Positions 1 to 7,566 of a DNA stretch of 55,945 nt are shown piece after piece. Location: positions 1 to 55,945 of the forward strand of contig JAZRQR010000062.1 in NCBI GenBank assembly GCA_045650025.1, read 5' to 3'. This DNA comes from Eubacteriales bacterium (GTDB lineage: Bacteria > Bacillota > Clostridia > Oscillospirales > CAG-272). The notes under the pieces were generated by a model that was not told the origin of the DNA, made no database searches, and saw only the letters and a program-made list of their open reading frames with translations. Within the stretch, counting starts at the first letter, position 1. Each line of letters opens with the position of its first letter. Position numbers and translations under genes: made by a program.

Positions 1-33
1 GGCGGGAGCAAGCCCCCGCCCTACGGTGATGAC

Positions 34-3000
34 TTAAAACAGCGCCTGCGTCATGCTCGCGGTGCCGCCGATCTTGCCGTTTCCTGCCTGACCGCTTGCG
101 TTATCACCTTGTGCAATGATGCGCCCGTCCTCATACAAGAACAAGCTGAACTGATAGCCCGACGCAATATCCTTGACACCGCTTGCAATGATCCTGCCGG
201 GGTTTCCCGAGGTTGCATTGACGCTGCCAAGCGCACCGCCTGTGTTGCTACCATAGCCCCAAACCGATCCGTCCTTCTTCAGGATCAGCATATTGGCGTG
301 GTGCAGCACTGCCTTTTGCACGTTGCTCGTCACCTTGACCGCACCGCCTGCGCCCGTGCCCTGTACCCAGCCGTCCAGCACGCGCCAGCCTGCGTAATAC
401 AAATCACCGCTCTTGGTCACCAGCAGCACCTGGTGCTCGCCCGATGCCATATAGGTAACGTTGGCAAGCAGCTTATGCGGTGTGTTGTATTTTTCCTTGT
501 CCGTGCCAAACTTCTGCCAGCGGTTATCGCCCAGCACGTAGCAAGTATCGTTCTGATCGGTATAGAAGGTGTTTCTTCTGCCTGCGCAAATCTGCTTGAC
601 GCCGCTTGCCACCACCTGGAACGCGGTGGTGTTGCCGCCGTCATGGCTCTTGCCCAGCTGTCCGTAAGCATTGGAGCCAACGCCCCACAAAATGCCTTCC
701 TCATCCAGCACCAGCAAATGGTCATGACCTACGCTGAAGTCCTTGATCTTTTTATCAAAATTGACAACGCCTACCTTATCATCAGTTGACGTTCCGTTTC
801 TGCCAAGCTGTCCTGCGCTGTTCGCGCCAACCGTATAAAGTTTGCCGTCCAGCGTCAGATACGCCATTACGGTGGCGTTGTTATTGTTCTCGGCATCGTT
901 ACTGTGGCAGACCTCCACCTTGGCAACGTCCGTTGCCACCAGCGTGGGCACCGAAACGTTGCCGTCTCCGGGAATGCCCAAAATGCCATGTTTATTCATG
1001 CCCCAGGCATATAGCTCGCCGGTTTCACTCAAATAATACGAGGAATGTGCGCTGGCAGTAATGCCGCTCTGCACGCCTGCAACCGGTGTTTGCGCGCCGT
1101 TTGAGCGCGTGTTGACCACGATCGTGCCCGACGAATTCACGGTAAATTCCGCGCTGTCGCCCTGCACGGTCTGCAGTGTGCCCGACGTGGGCATAAACAC
1201 GATGGAGGCAACGCTATAGCCCTCCTTGGCAGTTACGCTGACCGTAAAGGTCACGCTGCTCTGCCCCGGTTCGGTCTCAAACTTATACTCAGTGCCGGGA
1301 GTGGTAACGCTTTCACCGTTGAAGGTGACCGATGCACGATCGGCATTAAAGCTGACCGCAATCTTCTTTTCCATGCTCATCTGCAGCTCTTCCTCTGAGA
1401 TGCCGAAATACTGGCACAGCATTTTGATCACGTACTCCTTGCGGTTACGGACGAACTTATACATGTTTTCTACCGAAGTATTGTACTGGCTTTCAGATGC
1501 GCCCCAGCGCATGGTCTGCAGCTCAACCAATAATTCACGTTCCAACACAATGGCATCCAGCTCTGCCTCCAGCACCTCGGGTGCATAGACCGTATCAACC
1601 ACGTGCGCAAATCGCTGAATAAACGCCTGCTTAAAGCCCGCGTTTTTGCAAAGCCCGTGCATGATCGAACCAACTACCGTACCCGTAGAGTCGATCCAAC
1701 CAAAGAAGTTGGCCTTCTCAGAGGTATCTGCCCAGTGTCCTTCGGGATACATGGCAATACCCATATCCATATCCAACAGCGTAAAGCGCCACTTGGTATC
1801 CATGCCCGAGGGATCCTCGGGATTGCGGTTCTTAAATACCTTGATGTTATTTTCCGGCCAGTCGCGCGCATTGAAGAACAGACGCGCCACGTACATATCC
1901 ATAAAGGAATAAATGTCCAGTCTGTCGGCTACGTACTGATAATTCTCTTCCACGGAAAGGTCGTGCGTGCGGATGTAGGTAACGATTGCATTAAACTCGT
2001 CCGCCTCCTCCTGCGTAGATTCCATGGGAATGAAGGGCGCATTTGCATTGCCATCGATGACCAGTCCATCGTAGTCACTTTCGATGATGGCAACGTTTTC
2101 CTTGTCTACGCCGTAGTGCGATTCCACGTACTCGGGGCTGTAACGCTCACGCGCATTGTACACGCCCCAGAACTCGCCGTTGATAAACAGCAGCACCGGC
2201 ACGTACGCCATGGTGTGTACGTCCAATTCGCGGCTGACGCGCTGCATATACGCATCGCGGATAAAGGAATCCATGCAGTCGTTGCCCGAGTTACGCAGCA
2301 ACAGACGCGAGAAATCGGTAATGGCATTTCCCTGTTCGTCACGGGCATAGCCCTGGAACAGATCGTAATTGAGGTCGCCCTCAGTGCCAACAGCAGTATT
2401 GTTTGTGCTCTTGTAATACAAGCGCATGGATTTCATCGCCCAGCCCGACGAGCCGTGACCGCTGATCGCAAGCTCTACGTAAGAGGAGCCGTGACGCTCA
2501 CCGTCTGCAGAGAACACCTCCAGCATGCCGGTCTGACGCTGATTGGGTCCGCCGCCTGCACTGCTGTAGTGGTTGTAAAAGCCCGCACTTCCGTAGATCA
2601 GGCTCTTATCCATGGACAGCGACATCATGGTCACGCCATAGTCGTAAAAGGTTTTCGAAATGAAATACGTATTGGTAAATACGTCGGTATACTCAAAGCC
2701 ATTGGTCGCGTACGCCTTGATCACGTGCGCACCGGGAATCGAATCGCTGCTTGAACCATAGCCGCCGCCCATTGCCTTGACAATGCCCTCAATGGTAGGA
2801 CCTACGCCCCTTTCGGAGGTATCGGTCAAGGGAATAGAATCGGTATATTCCTTACCGTACGCCTTGGGGTCAGAGCCGTCGGTCGTGTAATAGATCTTAT
2901 AGCCCTCTTTTGCATAAAGCTTGAGCCAGAATCCCTCGGCGTAAATGCCTGCATCCTCCGAGAACACGACCTCATTGACCAGCGAGCCGACCACAACGTT

Positions 3001-3822
3001 TTTGCCCTGGCTGCTTCTGGGGCACACCTGCGTCAGCTGCGCGGTGGTGGACTCATTGAGGTTGACCTTATGGAAGCCGCTGTAATGCTGCAGCGCAGTA
3101 CGCACCGCTACCTTGCTCTTGGACATGTTGTCCACGGCATAATGGCTGTCGTAGCCCAGCTCGGCAGCTACAAAGTAGGAAACCGTGCCGTCGATCTTTT
3201 CTACAGGGGTATCCTCGCTGATCTCCTGCCCTGCGGGTGCCAGCGAGATCTGCATATCCTTATTGTCCAGAATGACCGCCCATTCGGCGTCAAATGACTC
3301 AATGGAAAGCACGGCAAACGACTCGTCGTAAGCCTCGCCATTCTTCTCTCTTGCCGCCTGCATGCGGACCAGGTAATAGCCGCCTGCCTCAATGGTGGCA
3401 TCTGCGGGGAAAGCAAATTCGCGGTACGCATCCCCCGTGTCCTCACGGTAGTACAGCGCTGCGCCTGCGAGCGGCACGTTCTCGGTGCCGGTGTTATACA
3501 GCTGGATAAAGCCGTGGCCCACCGCTGCATCCTTGTTCTGACCCGTACCGTACACGGCAGAGATCAGCACGTTCTTAAACACCTTTGCGACCTCGTAGGT
3601 CGGGTCATCGGGTCGGAGAAGCTCATCCCCCGTGCTCTGCTCTCCGCCCTGCTCTCCGTTTGAGTCTCCACCCTGCTGTGTGGTGTCCTCCCCCGTGCCG
3701 GGCTGAGTTTCGGTGCCCTCATTGGACGGCGTATCCGGCTGGCACGCAGCCAAAGCGCCCAGCAATAATATGGAAGCCAAGAAAAGCGCAAGAATGCTCT
3801 TGACAGATATTCTGTGTTTCAT
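34..3822 (-). CDS. Large surface lipoprotein: lamin-tail (LTD) domain, chitobiase-C-like segment, CotH kinase-like domain, C-terminal RCC1-type repeats
   Basis: 1262-aa ORF. Lipobox LLGALAAC after a basic N-terminus. LTD-like FIQLYNTGTENVPLAG...FAFPADATIEAGGYYLV. IYYTTDGSDP motif. CotH-like LLLRNSGNDCMDSFIRDAYM...INGEFWGVYNARERY. Repeated GxLG motifs (AGQLGRNG, YGQLGKSH, GGALGS, SGQAGNG) in the last ~350 aa. RBS AGGAGG 7 nt upstream of the ATG. Confidence 0.8.
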   Translation of the reverse strand: MKHRISVKSILALFLASILLLGALAACQPDTPSNEGTETQPGTGEDTTQQGGDSNGEQGGEQSTGDELLRPDDPTYEVAKVFKNVLISAVYGTGQNKDAAVGHGFIQLYNTGTENVPLAGAALYYREDTGDAYREFAFPADATIEAGGYYLVRMQAAREKNGEAYDESFAVLSIESFDAEWAVILDNKDMQISLAPAGQEISEDTPVEKIDGTVSYFVAAELGYDSHYAVDNMSKSKVAVRTALQHYSGFHKVNLNESTTAQLTQVCPRSSQGKNVVVGSLVNEVVFSEDAGIYAEGFWLKLYAKEGYKIYYTTDGSDPKAYGKEYTDSIPLTDTSERGVGPTIEGIVKAMGGGYGSSSDSIPGAHVIKAYATNGFEYTDVFTNTYFISKTFYDYGVTMMSLSMDKSLIYGSAGFYNHYSSAGGGPNQRQTGMLEVFSADGERHGSSYVELAISGHGSSGWAMKSMRLYYKSTNNTAVGTEGDLNYDLFQGYARDEQGNAITDFSRLLLRNSGNDCMDSFIRDAYMQRVSRELDVHTMAYVPVLLFINGEFWGVYNARERYSPEYVESHYGVDKENVAIIESDYDGLVIDGNANAPFIPMESTQEEADEFNAIVTYIRTHDLSVEENYQYVADRLDIYSFMDMYVARLFFNARDWPENNIKVFKNRNPEDPSGMDTKWRFTLLDMDMGIAMYPEGHWADTSEKANFFGWIDSTGTVVGSIMHGLCKNAGFKQAFIQRFAHVVDTVYAPEVLEAELDAIVLERELLVELQTMRWGASESQYNTSVENMYKFVRNRKEYVIKMLCQYFGISEEELQMSMEKKIAVSFNADRASVTFNGESVTTPGTEYKFETEPGQSSVTFTVSVTAKEGYSVASIVFMPTSGTLQTVQGDSAEFTVNSSGTIVVNTRSNGAQTPVAGVQSGITASAHSSYYLSETGELYAWGMNKHGILGIPGDGNVSVPTLVATDVAKVEVCHSNDAENNNNATVMAYLTLDGKLYTVGANSAGQLGRNGTSTDDKVGVVNFDKKIKDFSVGHDHLLVLDEEGILWGVGSNAYGQLGKSHDGGNTTAFQVVASGVKQICAGRRNTFYTDQNDTCYVLGDNRWQKFGTDKEKYNTPHKLLANVTYMASGEHQVLLVTKSGDLYYAGWRVLDGWVQGTGAGGAVKVTSNVQKAVLHHANMLILKKDGSVWGYGSNTGGALGSVNATSGNPGRIIASGVKDIASGYQFSLFLYEDGRIIAQGDNASGQAGNGKIGGTASMTQALF

Positions 3823-3877
3823 GGAAAGTCCTCCTGCAAGTAGTATCTATATAAGTCCGGATCATCTTCGGTCTTCC

Positions 3878-3906
3878 ATTATATCATAAATTTACAAAGT
3901 TGTAAA
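3878..3906 (-). promoter_or_regulatory. Sigma-A type promoter for the LTD-CotH-RCC1 gene
   Basis: Minus-sense TTTACA (3906..3901), 17 nt, TGaTATAAT (-10 at 3883..3878). Overlapped by inverted repeat ATTTACAA-AG-TTGTAAAT. Confidence 0.6.
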
Positions 3907-3982
3907 TAGCTCAACCCCATCAAAATTGTAAATTCTCCCTCAACATGCACCAAATGTGATGTTTGTCACATAAACGGTACGC

Positions 3983-4011
3983 AAAAAGAGGGCTGCCCGA
4001 GTGGGCAGCCC
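3983..4011 (-). terminator. Rho-independent terminator after the 4031..5542 gene
   Basis: Perfect 9-bp stem GGGCTGCCC/GGGCAGCCC with a 4-nt loop, followed on the minus strand by TCTTTTT. Confidence 0.75.
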
Positions 4012-4030
4012 CTTGCGTATCATTCTATTT

Positions 4031-5542
4031 TTAACCCAGCTTGTTGTATGCTTCCACAACCTGCTCCAGCGCCTTTTGGAAAGCCTTTTGATACTGCGCA
4101 TACCAGGTAGCAAACGTTCCTGAATTTGCATCAAGCAGCTTGCCGAAATACTGTACGGGAAGATTCATCTCACCCATCAGATAGTTGCTGCCGAAATCCA
4201 GCGTCTTGGTGTCCCAGATCAGCATAAGCATCTCTGCATCCTGCGCGGAGCGACATACCTTGGTGGAAATTCTGTCTCTGTAAAGTCCGTTCGAGGTCTG
4301 TGCCAGCGCTTCCAGTGCGTATCCCGCCAAATCGTGATTGCGTGCACTCAGGGGTACCATCACGGCACCTGCCGCGGTGCTGACAAAGGATTGATAGCTT
4401 TCCTGCTCCTCGTTGAGCTTGGGGTAAGGCAGCATGCCAAATTCTACGCCCATCTCTTGCAGGCTAAAGGCGTTCTCCACGGTAGTACCGTACAGCAAAG
4501 CGCGACCGTTCTCAAACACCACCTGAGGCTCCTGCTTTCCGGTAGCCGTAAAAGAATGCGTAGGCAGATACAGCGTTCCGCTGCGCAGGATCATGGCATA
4601 AAACTCGTCATAAGCCTGGAGCATGCGATCCATTCCCGTGTCATTGAGCACGGGCAGATTGTTCGCATCCTTGCCAATCAGCATAGCATCGGCACCGCAA
4701 GCAAACGCATAGGTGCGATCCCCCTCCAGTGCCAATCCAAAGCGATCATCACTATCCGCCTGACCGTTTCCGTTGAGATCCATATACGTCTCATTGACAA
4801 ACGCATGCATCTTTGCCAGCGTCCAGCCGCCCGAGGTGACATAATCGTACATATCCACGCCCATTTCATCCGCCATTTGCTTGTTAAAGGCAATCATCGC
4901 GGTGAGCATATCGGAGGACGGCACCAAAGCACCCGTTGCCATGGGCAGATACGAACCGATTGCCAAGCCCTCTTTGACGGTCACATCCCATGCCGAGCCG
5001 CTCATATTCACGTATGGCAGCGTGTTCAGGTTGGCTAAATAGCCATCCAACGCCATAGGCGCGCCGGTCAGCGCAATCTCTGCCATGACGATATCGTAAT
5101 CCGGGCTGCCCGTCTGCACGGTCACCTTGACCTTGTCCGCGATGGCCGTCCAGCTGCAATACTCGGTATTGATGTGGATGTTAAAGGCGTCCTCCACCAT
5201 CTTGTTGCGCTGGTACGAGAGCTCGTGCACGATGCCGGAAAGCACCTCGGGCGAACCAAGATCGCTGTAATCGCTACCCAAAATCGTCACGCTCTCTCCG
5301 GGATACACGTTCTCGGGCAACTCGAGTCCGGGAGTTGTCTCCTCAATCCAAATATCGGTCTCGATCCACGTTTCTTCGATCGAGGGGTAAGGAAAAACGT
5401 CAGCCGGGCGATCGATCACGCCACCAATCGCGCCGCCATCACCAAACAGCTCACCCACAAGTCCGCCAAATTCCATATCACACGCCGCAAACGAGCCAAT
5501 CAGCAAAAGGCTGACCAATATCAATATCAATCTTTTTTTCAT
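4031..5542 (-). CDS. Solute-binding-protein-like lipoprotein (family-1/LplA-like, putative)
   Basis: ORF 4031..5584 trimmed to the ATG at 5542, which has RBS AAGGAGG 8 nt upstream. Lipobox IGSFAAC. Size ~500 aa. DLNGNGQADSDD motif typical of large Gram-positive sugar SBPs. Confidence 0.6.
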   Translation of the reverse strand: MKKRLILILVSLLLIGSFAACDMEFGGLVGELFGDGGAIGGVIDRPADVFPYPSIEETWIETDIWIEETTPGLELPENVYPGESVTILGSDYSDLGSPEVLSGIVHELSYQRNKMVEDAFNIHINTEYCSWTAIADKVKVTVQTGSPDYDIVMAEIALTGAPMALDGYLANLNTLPYVNMSGSAWDVTVKEGLAIGSYLPMATGALVPSSDMLTAMIAFNKQMADEMGVDMYDYVTSGGWTLAKMHAFVNETYMDLNGNGQADSDDRFGLALEGDRTYAFACGADAMLIGKDANNLPVLNDTGMDRMLQAYDEFYAMILRSGTLYLPTHSFTATGKQEPQVVFENGRALLYGTTVENAFSLQEMGVEFGMLPYPKLNEEQESYQSFVSTAAGAVMVPLSARNHDLAGYALEALAQTSNGLYRDRISTKVCRSAQDAEMLMLIWDTKTLDFGSNYLMGEMNLPVQYFGKLLDANSGTFATWYAQYQKAFQKALEQVVEAYNKLG

Positions 5543-5607
5543 ACGATCATCCTCCTTGAAAAAATCAAATTTGCATTTTCGCATAGCTCACATACGCCTT
5601 GCCAAAA

Positions 5608-7068
5608 TCAATTGTTTTCCCGAACGCTTTGATATACCCCTTCAAGATACGTCACAAACTCTTTTTTGTATGCCTGCAGATAAGTAGCTGTACCCTGGCG
5701 CAACGGCTTTACCTCGTGTCCTCCGACTTGCAGCAGGGTAAGATCCAAACAGCAGCGGGCATTTTCCATGACGGTAAAGCATGCGTTTGCAGAGTTTGGA
5801 TTGGGATTGACCTTATAGATCAGCTCCTCGATCGCGGGCTGCATATGGTTTGCCGCCAGAACGGAAAGCACATTGAGTGCCATGCCCACCTCACCGTCTC
5901 CGCTGCGCGAAACGCTTAAAAAGCTGCCGCGATTACAGCTTGCAACGGCGGGCACGTAGTGACCTAGCATATCAGGCACGGGGACTACGCACACGGGAAA
6001 GCTTGCACAGGTGTACAGGGCATCCTTACCGTCCAGTCCCGCAACGCGGCTGAGCGTGGTTGCGTAAAACAGCGCATTTCCGGAAAGGAACACCTCTTGC
6101 GGATTTTGAGCTTCGCATGACGCGCGTTCCAAATGTGCCCATGAATTGTAAAGCAAATCACAAAACGATACTGTATTCTCTCCGTACGTGCCGTTCGTAA
6201 AGATCTCAATACCGCTGTTTTTAAGCACAAATGCTTCACTTTCGTAGCGTTCATATACCGTGCCGACGCGATCTTCTTGATTGATGCTGCCATTCCCATT
6301 GAGGTCGGATGTCGCCTCGGTACATATATCTATGTATTTCGTGTTTTCCCACGCATCCGAATTCACGATATCGTATATATCCTGATAACCGATCTCGTTC
6401 ATCAAATCCTCGTTAAACACAAGGCAATTCGCGTCAAGCTGCGCGTAAGGTGTCAAATATCCCGCAAAGGAATATTGCGCACCTTCAAATTGCAGATCTG
6501 CATTCATCCGCCCAAACCAGCAGCCGTTATCCATCTCAAAGCCCTCAAGCGAGTTTTGATTATGAAACACTCCCGACATGGCAACCTCACCTGCGCTTGA
6601 CAGAGGCAAGTAGCAAAGCATGATCATACCCGAGCTCACTTGCGTTTCGCTTACGGCAAGCTCAATGATTTCCGCTCCCGTCAGGGTCTGCTTATGATAG
6701 ATCTCATATCCGTAAAGCCCGGTAAACTGCTCCTCCATGGCAACAAACGCCTGATCAATCACTTCGGCACCCGTATCATTGTGAAAGCCGATGCCGTCCG
6801 ACGCCTCAAACATGATCAACTCCTGCGACAAATTCAAGCTGTCGGGAAAGCCGTACAGCTCCTCGCCGGGTCCCATGGTATAGGTTTCCTCGGGATCAAT
6901 CGCGGGACTTGGCGGTACAACGCCGATCAGCGAATCCATAAATCCGCCCTCGGACAGATCCGCGTCCGACAGCAGCTCACCCACCAGTCCGCCAAATTCC
7001 ATGTCGCACGCAACAAAGCTGAACAACAGCGTCAAGCAAAGCAGCGCGACCAATACTCTTTTCTTCAT
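5608..7068 (-). CDS. Divergent solute-binding-protein-like lipoprotein (putative)
   Basis: 486-aa ORF. RBS AAGGAGG. Lipobox LFSFVAC. DLNGNGSINQED motif. Shares the post-lipobox peptide CDMEFGGLVGEL with the downstream gene. Confidence 0.5.
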   Translation of the reverse strand: MKKRVLVALLCLTLLFSFVACDMEFGGLVGELLSDADLSEGGFMDSLIGVVPPSPAIDPEETYTMGPGEELYGFPDSLNLSQELIMFEASDGIGFHNDTGAEVIDQAFVAMEEQFTGLYGYEIYHKQTLTGAEIIELAVSETQVSSGMIMLCYLPLSSAGEVAMSGVFHNQNSLEGFEMDNGCWFGRMNADLQFEGAQYSFAGYLTPYAQLDANCLVFNEDLMNEIGYQDIYDIVNSDAWENTKYIDICTEATSDLNGNGSINQEDRVGTVYERYESEAFVLKNSGIEIFTNGTYGENTVSFCDLLYNSWAHLERASCEAQNPQEVFLSGNALFYATTLSRVAGLDGKDALYTCASFPVCVVPVPDMLGHYVPAVASCNRGSFLSVSRSGDGEVGMALNVLSVLAANHMQPAIEELIYKVNPNPNSANACFTVMENARCCLDLTLLQVGGHEVKPLRQGTATYLQAYKKEFVTYLEGVYQSVRENN

Positions 7069-7100
7069 TTCAGAATCCTCCTTTCGGGGTCTACAAGTTC

Positions 7101-7129
7101 ATTTTAGCACAATCTTTTCCATTTGTAAA
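7101..7129 (-). promoter_or_regulatory. Sigma-A type promoter for the 5608..7068 / 4031..5542 pair
   Basis: Minus-sense TTTACA, 17 nt, TGcTAAAAT. Confidence 0.55.
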
Positions 7130-7291
7130 GGGTTTTGCAGCCCCTCTACTTATATAGACGCCCAAAATGCGCAAAAGTTTCACTTTTTTAGAAAATATTT
7201 GAAAAAATTTTTATTTTACATCGGCAGGAGCAAGCATCGTGTCATTCAGTTCCCCGGCAGGAAAGAGAACGAAACGGACGCGCGTTGAGAG

Positions 7292-7440
7292 GGCGTCCCC
7301 CGAGGGGAAGCTGGCGCGCAGCGACTGAAGGGGAGTTGCGGGCAAAACGGCACGGTTCTCCGTTCGGGTATACTTGTTCAAGCCTAAACTTTCGCATTCC
7401 CCTTCAGCCGCTGCGCGGCAGCTTCCCCCCGGGGGACGCC
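7292..7440. repeat. Long imperfect inverted repeat (43-bp arms, 63-nt spacer)
   Basis: Arm 7292..7334 pairs with arm 7398..7440 at 40 of 43 positions. It lies in a ~390-bp gene-free gap between a terminator and the next promoter. Confidence 0.85.
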
Positions 7441-7522
7441 TTTATAGCGCGTATCCGCATTATTGACTTGCCCATTTCGGTGATAATTTGACATGGGAGC
7501 AAGCACCAGCCCTGCGGCATAC

Positions 7523-7548
7523 AAAAAGGGCTGCCTTGCGGGCAGCCC
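7523..7548 (-). terminator. Rho-independent terminator after the 7567..9036 gene
   Basis: Stem GGGCTGCC/GGCAGCCC with a 5-nt loop, then TTTTTGT on the minus strand. Confidence 0.75.
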
Positions 7549-7566
7549 TGAAAGGTTTTTTTTATA

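Noticed and set aside
7285-7491. 68-aa ORF spanning the inverted repeat
   Set aside because: There is no canonical start or RBS. The translation simply mirrors the palindromic arms (RGSWRAATEGEL ... LQPLRGSFPPGD), which indicates structure rather than coding.
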